From: Hamiltosporidium tvaerminnensis FI-OER-3-3
Taxonomy: Eukaryota; Fungi; Microsporidia
Direction of reading: 5' to 3'
Assembly: GCA_022605425.2 (NCBI GenBank)
Contig: JAKIMF020000013.1
Span: forward strand, 434,001 to 498,000
DNA length: 64,000 nucleotides
Positions within the stretch are counted from its first letter, which is position 1. Each line of letters opens with the position of its first letter. Below the pieces are notes generated by a model that did no database searches, was not told the origin of the DNA, and saw only the letters and a program-made list of their open reading frames with translations. A program made the position numbers and the translations under genes. This document shows, piece by piece, positions 36,947-52,800 of this stretch.

Positions 36947-39900
36947 TTTTATTTAATAAAATTCTGGATTAAAAGATTTTTTACCATTTTTATATGTTTT
37001 CTTCTACCTCTTTAACCACTGCTGCCGCTTTTTCCGAATCCGACTCTTCATTTATGTTATTAATCGGTTCCTCTAAAGTCGTTCCTCCTTGTGAAATAAG
37101 TGTTGTATTATTTTTTGGTCATAAATTTTTTGCACCATCTTCTTCTATACTCGCTTGTTTTAAAGGGGGTTTTGGTTAATCATGCATCTCTACTCTCATC
37201 ATAACACCCATTGACGCTCTCTCCCAGCTCTCTTCGGCATTGATATCTGACTCAAGTCCTCTTCGTCGATCAAAGAAAATTATTTCGACCGTCTTCTTAA
37301 GTACTCAGAGTGAATGTATGCCTCTATATTCATGAGTATTTCTAGTCTTTTAAGATGAGATTTATAGTACTTATTGACAATACTGTTCCAAGTCATCTCA
37401 TAAAGGGTTATCTCAACACTAAATTATACATAAAACCTAACAAATTGACGAACAGTTCTTATTTCCTAAGTTTTTCAGTTTTAACTATTTGAAGTGAATC
37501 TTGGCAGGTGATTCCTACTTCAATGAGTGTTATCTTCTTCTTCTTATCTAAAATAAATATGTCGGATCTGTTATTCCGAATTTAAACCTCATTTTTTATT
37601 CTGGTGTCTACTCTTATCTCTGCATACTCATTATCAAGAATTTCTTGAACTGAATGACTCCTAATTCGTTTTGAAGACTTAAACTTATATCTATTTAGAA
37701 GAAGTAGGTGTAGGCATCTAACCACTTCATTATGCCGTCTGGTGTAATCATAGCCTAGCTTTTTTTCACATCTAGTTGCTAGATGATCTACAGTCTTACC
37801 AGACTTCCCGCAATATTGACACATACCATCTGCTCCCCAGAATACATTTCTATCATGGATATAGCAGAACACAGCTTCGTTTCGTGGCCTAATATTTCCT
37901 CTCTTTAACCATCTTGAAGAGTCACTAACACTCACAAGCTCATTTTTTCTTGCATTATATAACTTTGAATGAAGTTTTCGTTTTTCTATTTCGTTATATA
38001 GTTTTGCAAGTTGAGCTTCTTCTAAACTTTTCTTAGTGACTTCCTCTACCAATCTGTACTTTACTTTTAAGAAGCCTTTTATTAGTGCAAGATGGGTTTT
38101 ATTATTATTCTCCAACTTGAGGATTGCTGCTCGTCTAATTGATATTTCTTTACTTTTTTCCAGACAATCCAAGAGTTGCAGAAGCATATGTTCGCTTCGC
38201 CACTCAACACTATGTAGACCTCTTCCAAGTTCTGTTCTAGGAAGATACAAACGCGCTTTACATCCTGGGCGGAGATGTATCTAATTATTCACCAAAACCG
38301 CACGAACTGCATCATCTAACTTAGAGAAGTCAGCCGGTTCAACTCGAAGTACTCCTATGTGGTAGTTGATTAACGATATCGCAGGTTGATTAATTGCAGA
38401 AAATAATTTTTTGCCTTTAATCTAGTGTGACAAAGTCTTTCAACTCTTAATATAAGTTTGCTCTGTACTTCTTCAAAAGAGCTACGTGTTGGGATTCCTC
38501 TGCTATCTTCTATTATTCCTAAATATTTGTAAACACTAACACCTTCTAGAAGAGTAGCAGTATCTTCACAACACGTATCATTTGTGGATGACTTCTCTTT
38601 GTTAATCTCTAAGCCAATCACCTTTAAAAATTCCTTTGCCTCGCCTGTCATAGCACTCAATGTGGAGCTGTTTTTTGCAAGGAGCTTAAGATAATCAATA
38701 AACAAGGCGTGATTAGTAGAATGGGATTCTGCATCTGTTTGTACTGTCACTTTTGTGTATTTTACATTAAGCTCCCGGCTTAGTGGATCCATACACAACA
38801 CAAACAACAATGATGACAAACTATCTCCTTGTAGAATCCCTCTATCAATCTTCTTGCTCATGATTTTTTCAGGCCCTACTGATATATCAATTTTTCATTT
38901 TGATATAATTAACTTAATAAATTTCAGGATCCAATCAGGTAAATTAAGGTTTTCAATGCATTGAGTTAAATAAGCATGATCTATTAGATCATAAGCTTTT
39001 TTAACATCAATCCATGTTGCCTTAAGATATTTTCCGTACTCTTTATTTAGAGCAATATTTAGTAGAGCCTGCTCTTTCGCTCCCTGCACCCCTCTAACTG
39101 CTCCCAACTGGTTCTCCGCAAGCACCCCTCGCCTTTCCACTTCAATTTGAACGACTTTCGTTACACACTTTGTCGTTAACTTATAGAGGTTGGACATACA
39201 AGTGATTGGCCTGTAGTCAGAGCCTCTTCGTGGAATTCCTTTCGGTATCAAATACGTAAGCCCGCTGTAAAACCAATCAGCTTGAGTTGTTCCTTCTAAA
39301 CATATAACTTTCACAATATCATAAATATATTTGTGAAGAGTTGTAAGTTTCTTAATGAAAAAATTGTAAATACCATCAATTCCAGCAGCTTTCCAATTGG
39401 GAAGCCAATTAATGATACTTACAAATTCATCAAGTAAAGGGAACATGTCGGATGGTTATCTGATACAAATGAAATCAAATAATCATCATACATGACTGTA
39501 TAATCATTTTTGTTCCACATTGTAGACCAAAAACTCACAATTTCATCACGACTAACCACATGCTCGGATTCTACACGCTCAGATAACTTACGATAAAATC
39601 GACCTCGGAAAAGCTCAAACATACGATTCTCTTTTCGGAATTGCTTCCTACTTTCATGGATCGTAATTTTTTTCTCGTAAACATTCAAAGACTCATTCTT
39701 CTTAACTAAAGCCTCAGAAAGATCAGTTACGCTGCTTAAGTTATAATTAAACTCTCCCATGATTTTCTTAAGGCTCTTCGTTTCCGAAGTAGAGAGCTTT
39801 TCCTGCCTACGAGCCTTCTCGAGAAGATTTTTGGAAAGTACTAACTTAGAAATTTTACTTTCTATATTTTCCTTCCAAGCGGATCTAGGCTTCTCTTTAC

Positions 39901-40723
39901 GTGTTAGCTCGTCATAGCATACCTGGGCTGCTTGGATTATCCGTGCCATTGCAGTTATCGTCATCGGTACATAATAATCAGCATACTCACCGATAATTCG
40001 ATTAATAAGGTCCAAAACTTACTGTCAACCAATTTACTTGGAAGCTTTCGAGTTCGGACCACCACTTTTCCAATTTCCTTCTCCGAGATTTCTTTGATTT
40101 TACTCAAAAATTTATCTCTCATCTTTATGTACTCCGTGGTGTCAGTCAGGGTGCATGTGTCAGCGAGAAAAGTGGCGATTCTACGTCGCTCACCATTCTC
40201 TTCTTGCCTTATTTCTCTTTCTGCCTCATTTTGTGCGGGTTTTTTAAACGCATCGATATCTAGTGTGCAGCTAAATTTCTCATTATAGTACCTCAGAGTT
40301 GCTGGCCAGCAATTTCTAGGCATTCTATAAAACCTCTTTTGCACCGCTAGAATAGCAGATCTAAGTCATTCCTGCTCTACGACTGTGACAGAGTCAAGTA
40401 TTGTGTGCACTACCATCAGTCGATTTCCTTTTAGAATAGCATCCGTACTGGGTTTTTCATAACGTTGGCTGGTCCACACGCAGTGGCATCGGTACTAGAA
40501 GACGATTTTATGGTGTCAACCAAGCAGACTGGACTATTCTAGCAACTACTGCTTGGTGGGTGGTGTTATGGAAGGTTGGTGGAGGTGAAAGTCTATCGGA
40601 TAACATTTCTACATCTACATCACACATCAAAATCTCTCCTACGCTGTTCTCCATGTTGTTTACAGCTTTTATTTTTTTATTTCTTATATTTTCGCTATCT
40701 ACTTTTTTCCTTCTACTCATTAT
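36947..40723 (-). mobile_element. Full-length (~3.8 kb) defective RLE non-LTR retrotransposon (R4/Dong-like)
   Basis: RT motifs WKAAGIDG, YRPITC, WIDVKKAYD, GILQGD; LYLPR..GRGL; CCHC, RHN and PD; many lesions. Confidence 0.92.
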
Positions 40724-43057
40724 GAAATTATAAAAAATTAAAAAAATAAAATTAACAAAAATTAGCACAGAATAAAAAAAATAAAAAAAAATTGATTTTT
40801 AAGGTGGTTTTATTTTAAGCATTTTTCTATATGCCTATCTTTTCACTGGTTTTTTTACTTTACCTTTATATATGACACACTTTTGTAGTTTAATCTAAAT
40901 ATTTAAAAATATAAAGGAAATAAGACATAAATTACATTGAAACTTTAAATTAAAGGGTTTAGAAAATATATTTTTTTTACGGTTTTTTTAACATGTTTTT
41001 AATCTTTTATCCTATTATAAAAGCAAAGGCTTTCAAAACGGGAGGGTGATAGAATTAATATAGGAGAGACAAAATATTATAGCCAAAAAAAATTACGTGC
41101 ATATAAGTAAGAAATTTTTTAAAACCCGAGCATATAGACTTGAAAATCTAATTGAAACCTTGGAAATTTTTTAATTTTCATTTTTAAAACGAAAAATTGG
41201 TGCAATTCAGAGTCGATATTTTATTATAGCTTTTTTTTATTTTTTAGAGGGGAAACAGAATAAATACGACAGGAAATAAGAAACTTTAAGTTATTGCAAT
41301 GATAAAGCGTGAAGCCTAAGCTTTTAATATTCAGTCCGAGGCTTGGAATTTCGGAGATACAAAAATATATTCTTTAAAAAACCAGATCGGTAAATAATAG
41401 ATTATACCTGTCGGATGCTAGAATTTATTTCTTTGTGACTAGTTTTTGTTATAGTAAACAAAATCTTCATAAAAAGATATACAAATATAAAACTTGCGTA
41501 TTTTTAAATCTATACATAAAAAATATAACAACTTGTTATTGATTCTCATGTTGTATCAATGTCTGATAAGGCTATTTAGATTACATCATAAAGTAATTGA
41601 ACTAAATCCAAAGTAGTTATTCAGATTCGCGATGCACATTTACAACGTGTGAAAATTTTAAAACTACTTTATCTTAATTAATGAGCTACGATAAATCTTA
41701 TCCGTAACTCTATTGGGTTCAAAAATCTAAAAAAATGATAATACTGCGTATCATGGCGTAGCCGATGTTGATTTAGATCTGCGATCACTCTCGAGCAACT
41801 GACATTAACAATCAAGAAAAACCAGATTCCCCATTTAAAATATTTTACCTGTATATGGGAGCTATCCCATGGGGATAGAGATTTATCGAAATGCATCGAC
41901 TGAATGTTTGAGAACCTGTTATCTAAGCTACTCATCGCTGCATTGATGTCATGGAAGAATATAACATTTTCACTTCTAAAAAAAATTCGATATTTATTTG
42001 ATAAAAATTTTTCTAATTTTTACATTTCTTTAGCATTTGATAAAAAAGAATGTGTAATATAATTTATACAATTAAAAATGATAAAAAAAAAATGCTCAAC
42101 AAGTTTAAATCTAGTCATTAAGAGACCATTTATATTATCAAAGGTAAAGAAAGTTCTGAAATATTTAAAAAGTAATAGCTAACAAAATTTATTTCGCGAA
42201 ACTGAAGGAAAAACAATTTCGTATTGGTAAATTAGAGCAGCGAAAGAAAGTTAGATTTGTTTTAATTATTATACAAAAATGTTTTCAAGATGTTAGGATT
42301 TTTACAATATAATGGAACAAATATATTATTGCAAGCTATAATATATTTTTTTAAACAAGTTTGTCAAATGATTTAATTCCTCCTCTTTTTATTATAATAG
42401 GTATTTTTTAATAAATTCCCACAAAATTTGTAGTTAGATCGATATTATTGGCATATTTATTGGAACGATAAAATTCGATTTTAATTTATTTTTTTTTATT
42501 TTGAATAACCCAATTTACTTTATATGTCGTAAATTTCCTTATTTGCATAAATTGAACCACCGTAAAATATTTTTTTTGAAAAAAATCAAATATAAAGTAT
42601 TGTAGATTAGTTCGGGGATGTATAAAGTAGCTTGTTTCGTTTCAGACGAAAGTGCTCCTTATACAGTCCTTTTTTATCTTCGGTTTTTATATCAGTGTAG
42701 AGACTTGAGTAGTTACGGTAGTTTAAGCCATGTAAAAAGTTATGATATTTTCGTCTTTTGACTAAACTTCAGAAATTACATAGTATTTCTAAATCTGTTT
42801 TGCTGAAACAAGTAATTGAAACTTTAAAACTGTAAACGAATCAATTTAATAGCCAAAGATATGATGGGAAATGGTTTCTAGCATTTTCCGGCAATAAATT
42901 CAAATCTTTTTTTACTTTCTTTCTATTTATAGTAGAACTAGTAATGATATAATCAATTCAAAAAAAAAACAGCCAAATTTTATTCTTATTTCTAGTAGTT
43001 TAACATGTAATTTCTTGTCGAATTTATACACCCTCTTTTTATTTTATGTAATAATAA

Positions 43058-43777
43058 TTTATTACAAAGCATCACATCTTTTTAAAACAGTAGCACGTGC
43101 ATCTTTTATTTACAGGACATAATGGCACCTTAAAGTTATCCATAAATAACTGTTACCTCAACACTCCATCAGTATCTCCTGCGATACCTACTTCTCTTAG
43201 CCCTTCATCTACCAGGTGTGTATTACCACATTAATAGGCTAAGAAATTGCCTGAAGTTCGTGAATGTCTGTTGCATGGTGTATGATCGAAGGCCGAAGCC
43301 CACCTTGAGCTCCCAAGAATATACTGAATTCCTACTTACTTTACACTTTCTAAACCCAATAAACGTCTAACTAAGATATATTTCAGAGACTTGCATGGAG
43401 TTCACCTAGACATTGAGATGTCATACCAACAGGTATAACCTGCTGCTTAGCTCTACCGGCTTTTAATGGTTTATATTTTTATATCTCCCAGGCACTAAGT
43501 TTTCTAACCGAGTGAGCAAAGCTAGATTTCCACCCCTTTATATGGCAATTGCCTACATGTTTGGCTGCGGTCTGCAATCTAGTTACATAAAAAACTACAA
43601 ATAAATTTGTAGAAAAAGTTTCGCTATTTCTTAGACCTCTGTTCCTCATAACAACATCCATGGAACAACCGAAGATGTAGTGTGTTTTTGTTCCCAACAA
43701 AAATTCAAACTTGATCTTAACCATTTTCACACACTCATTGCCAAGCAGAAAGTTTTTTATGTTGTTATCCTCTACAC
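43058..43777 (-). mobile_element. Family A retroposon, full length, diverged
   Basis: Colinear reverse complement of 5867-6597. Confidence 0.85.
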
Positions 43778-43945
43778 TTATTAGAGCTTAAAATATATAA
43801 ATCTTATTAAGTTCAATTTTTCGGTATTTAAATTATTTTTAAAATTATTTTAAGAGAGGTAAAGATAAAAAAATGAAAAAATTTATAATTTTTCTTTCTA
43901 TTGATATAATCTAATAAAAAAAATTAATTTTTTTTTATTTTAATA

Positions 43946-44080
43946 AGGAGGAACCACTTTAGAGGAACCGACCAATAACATAAATGAAGAGTCGGATTTG
44001 GAAGAAGTGACAATAGTGGTTAAAGAGGTAGAAGAAAACATATAAAAATGTTAAAAAATATTTTAACCCAGAATTTTATT
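43946..44080 (+). mobile_element. ~135-bp 3'-terminal fragment of the RLE LINE with a probable 12-bp TSD
   Basis: Matches 59820-59950; TTTTATTTTAAT at 43933-43944 and 44074-44085 (low complexity). Confidence 0.85.
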
Positions 44081-44578
44081 TTAATTATCAAGAGATACGA
44101 ATGAGTCCTATCGAAAATGTAAATACTACAAAGCAAATTAATGGAAATATTTCAGATTTTTCATATTTAAAAAGTATATTGTTTGTATCAGATATTATTT
44201 CTAAATCATGATTTTCATTTTTAAAATATTTAAATTTATTGTATCAAGGATAGTGAATTCTTAGAATACCATTTTCGATATTTTTAGGTAAATCTATAAC
44301 CTTTACATTTAATTTAATTTTTTTATACATTATAATATCAACTTCTATATTATCAGTAAATATTTGTAAGAAAAAAATGCAAAATAAAAACATTTTAAAT
44401 TTATTTATACATTTATTTAAAATTTTTGTTTTAAAATATAAATTTGAAAATAAAAGATTTTTAAGGTATTTATTATTTTTTAAAATTCTAGAATTTTAGT
44501 AATTTTCTAAAATCGGAAAAATTAATAGTCTAAAAAATTGAGGCAAAGTTAAATTTATAAATCTCCCATTCCAGAATA

Positions 44579-46069
44579 TAGGATTTTTCCATCAATATAA
44601 TAATCCTTGCAATAATATCATAATTTTTCGATCAATATAATAATCCTTGCAATCAATTTCATAATTTTTCGATGCATATAATAATTATTTTTAAAAGATA
44701 AAAATTTTAAAAAAAATCTATTCATTATAAAATTAACTCCCATGTCAAATTCTTTTTCAGGTAAAAATACCAACGAGAACAAATATGATTTTCATGTAGG
44801 TGAAACACCAGAATGTATAGAGTGTGAAAATGACAATGTTTTGAAGTGTCTTGTTTAAAAATCGGAATCACATGATGAAAATCTCCAACTAACCACCATT
44901 CCAACTCTGAGGAAACAAATGGTTATTATCAATGATCAGGAACGCATAATTGAAAAAATATTAGAAGGCTATTCTATGTCCGCAATCGCCTCGATGTATC
45001 GAATAAATTACGAGACGGTTGATAGTATCTTTAGACGATATTTAAAAACCGGCTTGTATTTGTCGAGAAAGGTGGTGGTGATAGGCGCTCAAAGTTAACT
45101 TTGGAAATAAAAGAGAGCTTACAAACCTATGTTGATTTGGAGTGTGCAAAAACACTGTATGAGCTTGCAGAATGGGTCAAGTGAACATCAATGTTGATGT
45201 TTCAAGTAGTACAATTGATCGCGCACATAGAGAGTTCTATTACACTCCAAAGCGTGTAACATTAGTGCCTGAGCGTAGAAATTAACCTTTGACAATTGAG
45301 CTAGAAAACAATTACGCAACTAGTTTTCGTAAGTTAGAGGTTGATAATGATGACAAAAACTTTGTCTTTTTAGATGAAGTTTGGGTTGCGATAGTAAGAC
45401 GCCTCACCAGAGGTCGTAATATGAGATGTGAATCTGCATACCTATATGTCACTGCAGCCCAAGATAGAAATATTTAAGTAGTCGCAGCGATAAACAAATG
45501 TGGTATGATTTACCATAAGATTCACGAGAGGGCTATAAATGGTGAGGACTTTAAAATTCCAATAAGGACATTAATAAAGTTGTCAACTGCTGGAAATTTT
45601 GAATCCTATATTTGTAATGGACAATGCGAGAATTCATAACTATCGTGGATGGAATGATGATGAGGAAATTGCCTTGTATCGAATAAAATACCTTCCACCT
45701 TACTCTCCATTTCTTAATCGCATTGAGAATGTACCTTCAGACTGGAAAAAAAGTAATTCGAGATGGTGCCTGTACTGAGCCTCAATTGAGAATATTAATT
45801 TGTGAAAATTTTAATGAGATCACGGGATATCATTGTAGTTGTTTTTACCGAAAAATGTTAGGGTAGTTGCAAAAGGCTGAAGTAGGGCAAGTTATCCTTG
45901 AATAATAAATCTCAAGTACTATTTATAATTTTATTTTTTAAATTTTTATTTTTTAAAAATAATTATAATATTGATTGCAAGGATTATGATATTGATTGCA
46001 AGGATTATAATATTGATCGAAAAATTATGATATTCATTGCAAGGATTATTATATTGATCGAAAACCCTA
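44579..46069 (+). mobile_element. Tc1/IS630-like DD34E DNA transposon, decayed, with long modular TIRs and TA TSD
   Basis: TA|TAGG...CCCTA|TA ends; ~130-bp TIRs built from ~21-bp units; VFLDE, MDNARIH and YLPPYSPFLNRIE (34 aa between D and E). Confidence 0.88.
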
Positions 46070-47726
46070 TATTATTAATTTTGGTTCAAATTTTGAAGAT
46101 AGCCTACTTTGATCGTATTTCGATTTTTTTTATTTTTTCAAATACTGTTTTTTATCCTAAAAAATAAATATAATTTCATCTGCAAACAGTTTATGTAATG
46201 TTAATCAGAGGCGTTAGTTTTTAAGATTTAAAAATTGCCTGGTTTTCTTGCTCATTTATTTTGAGAATTATGTTCAAAAAACAACATTTTTTTCTGTCAA
46301 TTGAAATGTGTGTAATCTATGGTTAAAACAATCTCTATATAATAAAAAAAGAACTGCTTTTTTTATTTGAAATATATAAGAATAATACTTGCTTACTTAT
46401 TCCATGCCTTTTTTAGCTCTCGGTGTCGAGAATGACTAAATAGAATTTTTCTATTTGTTTCTTTTAATCAGTTATAACTCGGTATTATAAATATTCGACT
46501 ATATATCCAGTATCGTTCTATCTAACTAAAATATAAACAATAGTTTTCACGCCAATTATATCTACTAGTTTACAACCTGATAGTTTCTAATGAAGTCATC
46601 CTCTGTCTACGTATAAAATTTATAGAAATTATTAATTAATATGGTTAAATTTAAAAAAAACTTGATTTGTGCGATTTTTTAGATTTCGTGTTTTAATTTC
46701 ATGAGATAACTTTTATAGAATTTAACTCATTCGAATAGAGATGACTCTGAGATATGAAATTTAATAGAAAAGTTAAAAAATAATTTTTTTTCGCTTTAAT
46801 CAGCTTCATGCTGTATTTTTAATTGCATAAAGTCAGGAGTTAGATTTTTACTATTTTACCCGTCATGGTTTTATACAAGATCAAGTTTAAACTACATCTA
46901 TAATGGCATCGCCTTTCAGCTTACCATTCCTTTATCAAAATAAAACTTGGTATAAAATAGAACTTAATGAAGAGTCTCGATATTTTTTCAATTCATTTTT
47001 TTAAATTTACATTATTTTTTCTTTCTTGTTCAATATACATTACTTTAATATTCTAACGGTTTTTTTAATTATTTTAATATTAATATATCTCAGATAGAAG
47101 CTGGCTGACAAAGAAATTAAAATCCGCTTACTCGGTCTTGATTAGATAATTTAGTGTGTGAATGTAGCTTGGTTTTGAATTCACTAAATACAAACAAAAT
47201 ATTTTACATTTTTTTTAACTACTGCAAAGCAGAGGTTTTAAGTGTCTTTATCCATCTTTTCCGCTAAACTTCTATGTAAATAACTTGAATAAGAATTTAA
47301 AAAATTATTAAAGATATTTGTATGCTTAATGTAAATATAATTTTACAATTTTTAAATAAAAGAATGAAAGTTAAACTCTTTTGTTTCCGAGTCATTCCAA
47401 TCACATATTTAAATATAATTTAAATAAAACTCAAAAAAGCTTCAATGGATATTTTTTTAAAAATTAATTTAGACAAAAAAATAAAAAAATATTGCTAGTA
47501 ATTTGAGTCGTACGCATTTATTTCGAAAGGATTTATATTTTTAATCCTCATTTTTTTCAAATATTATCTCAGGACTTTATAATCCTCCTTTTATTCCTCC
47601 TTATAATCCTCCTTTTATTCCTCTTTTGATCTCTTAGGGTTATTTTTAAAAATCCAAAGGTTCTACGAATTTATCGGTATTTGTTTTGTGAAAATTCGGG
47701 CAAAAGGTACGTCTCTGATGTAATTT

Positions 47727-48831
<1,105 letters not shown>

Positions 48832-49776
48832 TTTTTTTTTAAATTTATAAAAAAAATTAATATTGAGTTTAACACTTAAGAAGGTTAAACATGTGTAAAT
48901 GAACCAAATTTTAATGTATCTAAATAAATAAATCCAAAGTACTTCAAAAAGTGATAATGATATAAATATAATTTAGTCGTAATTTTAGATTGTTTCATGT
49001 ATTTTTAGCAATTATATTTCCCCATGGTTTCCCATGTTTCTTAAATATATGTCACATACCAACAAGCCCCTCTCTAATTTTAAATCCTCTTTAAAATTTT
49101 CAAAAACTCTTAATTTTTTATACATTTCTTTTACTGGCATGTTTAAGTCTCATATTCACCTCTTGATTTTCTTATACATCATCCGAATCATATTCCTCTA
49201 CGGTATTTTAATCATGCCTTCATAATATTTGTTTTTTATCAAATGGATTTTGATGTATGAATGAAAATCATATAGAAAATATATATTTTCTTTCCACGTC
49301 TTTATTGTGTTTTTGGTTTTGTGCATGTTTGGAAAATCGAAAAAATATTTTGAACCTATAGATAGATACTGGCACTATAACACAATGGTATAAAAATGTA
49401 TTCAAAGTTATAATTAGATTTTTTCTTTAATGCTTTCATTTTACACATAGATTAGGTTTAGTGCATTGGTTCTACAATGCCAAGATTGAAAGCTTAGAAA
49501 AAAAAGTTATTTCAATAAATTTAAAGCACATGGGTATTTAAGATTGTGTATATCTTAGGAGATTCACCAATTAAAAAAGTTAATATTGCTGGATTCATAA
49601 TATGATTGACACATATAAAATGATTTTCGAAGGAGTAAGATATCTAACAAGGCTTCACAATTGTGAAAGATTCATAGATTTTCTGTTTTCGCAAATTTAT
49701 GTTCCGTTGAAATACAATCTGCTATTTGCCGATATTTTAAAAATTTACTTTTTGAAATGCTATTGACTTGTTATTA

Positions 49777-49874
49777 TAGGGTTTTTCGATCAATACAATA
49801 ATCCTTGCAATCAATGTAATAATTTTTCGATCAATATAATAATCCTTGGAATCAATATAATAATCCTTGCAATC
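49777..49874. mobile_element. Solo TIR of the DD34E element, cut off at the LINE
   Basis: TAGGGTTTTTCGATCAAT..AATCCTTGCA units preceded by TA. Confidence 0.85.
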
Positions 49875-49878
49875 CATG

Positions 49879-52800
49879 AATAAAATTTTAAGTTAAAATA
49901 TTTATTCCCATTTTTATATGTTTTCTTCTACCTCTTTGACCAATTTTGTCTCTTCTTCCAAATCCGACTCTTCATTTATGTTATTGGTCGGCTCCTCTAA
50001 AGTGGTTCCTCCTTGATAAATAAGGGGTATAATATTTTTATTTATTTTTTATTTTAAAACAATCTTCTTCTATACTCGCTTGTTTTAAAGGGGGTGTTGG
50101 TTCCTCATGCATCTCTGCTCTCATCATAACACCCATTGACGCTCTCTCCCAGCTCTCTTCGGCATTGAGTCCTGACTCAAGTCCTCTTCGTCGATCAAAG
50201 AAAATTATTTCGACCGTCTTCTTAAGTACTCAGAGGGAATGTATGCCTCTATATTCATGAGTATTTCTAGTCTTTTAAGATGAGATTTATAGTACTTATT
50301 GACAATACTGTTCCAAGTCATCTCATAAAGGGTTATCTCAACACTAAATTATACATAAAACCTAACAAATTGACGAACAGTTCTTATTTCCTAAGTTTTT
50401 CAGTTTTAACTATTTGAAGTGAATCTTGCCAGGTGATTCCTACTTCAATGAGTGTTATCTTCTTCTTCTTCTTATCTAAAATAAATATGTCGGATCTGTC
50501 ATTCCGAATTTAAACCTCATTTTTTATTCTGGTGTCTACTCTTACCTCTGCATACTCATTATCAAGAATTTCTTGAACTGAGTGACTCCTAATTCGTTTT
50601 GAGGACTTAAACTTATATATATTTAGGGGAAGTAAGCATATGCATCTTACCACTTCATTATGCCGTCTAGTGTAATCATAGCCTAGCTTTTTTTCACATC
50701 TAGTTGCTAGATGATCTACAGTCTTACCATACTTCCCGCAATGTTGACATACACCATCTGCACCCCAGAATACATTTCTATCGTGGATATAGCAAAACAC
50801 AGCTTCATTGCGTGGCCTAATATTCCCTTTCTTTAGCCATCTTGAAGAGTCACTAACACTTACAAGCTCATTTTTCCTTGCATTATATAACTTTGAATGA
50901 AGTTTTCGTTTTTCTATTTCGTTATATAGTTTTGCAAGTTGAGCTTCTTCTAAACTTTTCTTAGTGACTTCCTCTACCAATCTGTACTTTACTTTTAAGA
51001 AGCCTTTTATTAATGCAAGATGGGTTTTATTATTATTCTCCACCTTGAGGATTGCTACTCGTCTAGTTGATATTTCTTTACTTTTTTCCAAACAATCCAA
51101 GAGTTGCAGAAGCATATGTTCGCTTCGCCACTCAACACTATGTAGGCCTCTTCCAAGTTCTGTTCTAGGAAGATACAAACGCGCTTTACATCCTGGGCGG
51201 AGATGTATCTAATTCTTCAAAAAAACCGCACGAACTGCATCATCTAACTTAGAGAAGTCAGCCGGTTCAACTCGAAGTACTCCTATGTGGTAGTGGATTA
51301 ACGATATCGCATGTTTATTGATTGCAGAAAATAAATTTTTTGCGTTTAATCTAGTGTGACAAAGTCTTTCAACTCTTGGTATCAGTTTGCGTTGTACTTC
51401 TTCAAATGAGCTACGTGTTGGAATTCCTCTGCTATCTTCTATTATTCCTAAATATTTGTAAACACTAACACCTTCTAGAAGAGTTGCAGTATCTTCACAA
51501 CACGTATCATTTGTGGCTGACTTCTCTTTGTTAATCTCTAAGCCAATCACCCCTAAAAATTCCTTTGCCTCGCCTGTCATAGCACTCAATGTGGAGCTGT
51601 CTTTTGCAAGGAGCTTAAGATCATCAATAAACAAGAGATGATTAGTAGAGTGGGATTCTGCATCTGTTTGTACTGTCACTTTTGTGTATTTTTCATTAAG
51701 CTTTCGACTTAATGGATCCATACACAACACAAATATCAAAGGTGACAAACTATCTCCTGTTAGAACCCCTCTATCAATCTTCTTGCTCATGATTTTTTCA
51801 GGTCCTACTGATATATCAATTTTCCATTTTGATATAATTACCTTAATAAATTTCAGGATCCAATCAGGTAAATTAAGGTTTTCAATGCATTGAGTTAAAT
51901 AAGCATGATCTATTAAATCCTAAGCTTTTTTAACATCAATCCATGTTGCCTTAAGATTATTTCCATACTCTTTATTTAAGGCAATATTTAGTAGAGCCTG
52001 CTCTTTCGCTCCCTGCACACCTCTTACCGCCCCTAATTGGTTCACTGCAAGCAACCCTCGCCTTTCCACTTCAATTTGAACGACTTTCGTTACACACTTT
52101 GTCGTTAACTTATAGAGGTTGGACATACAAGTGATTGGCCTGTAGTCAGAGCCTCTTCGTGGAATTCCTTTCGGTATCAAATACGTAAGCCCACTGTAAA
52201 ACCAATCAGCTTGAGTTGTTCCTTCTAAACATATAACTTTCACAATATCATAAATATATTTGTGAAGAGTTGTAAGTTTCTCAATGAAAAAATTGTAAAT
52301 ACCATTAATTCCAGCAGCTTTCCAATTGGGAAGCTAATTAATGATACTTACAAATTCATCAAGTGAAGGGAACATGTCGGATGGTTATCTGATACAAATG
52401 AAATCAAATAATCATCATACATGACTGTATAATCATTTTTGTTCCACATTGTAGACCAAAAACTCACAATTTCATCACGACTAACCACATGCTCGGATTC
52501 TACACGCTCAGATAACCCACGATAAAATCGACCTCGGAAAAGCTCAAACATACGATTCTCCTTTCGGAATTGCTTCCTACTTTCATGCATCGTAATTTTT
52601 TTCTCGTAAACATTCAAAGACTCATTCTTCTTAACTAAAGCCTCAGAAAGATCAGTTACGCTGCTTAAGTTATAATTAAACTCTCCCATGATTTTCTTAA
52701 GGCTCTTCGTTTCCGAAGTAGAGAGCTTTTCCTGCCTACGAGCCTTCTCGAGAAGATTTTTGGAAAGTACTAACTTAGAAATTTTACTTTCTATATTTTC

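Noticed and set aside
41560-41960. Slightly GC-richer segment, possibly a decayed TE or gene
   Set aside because: No motif or second copy identifiable by eye.
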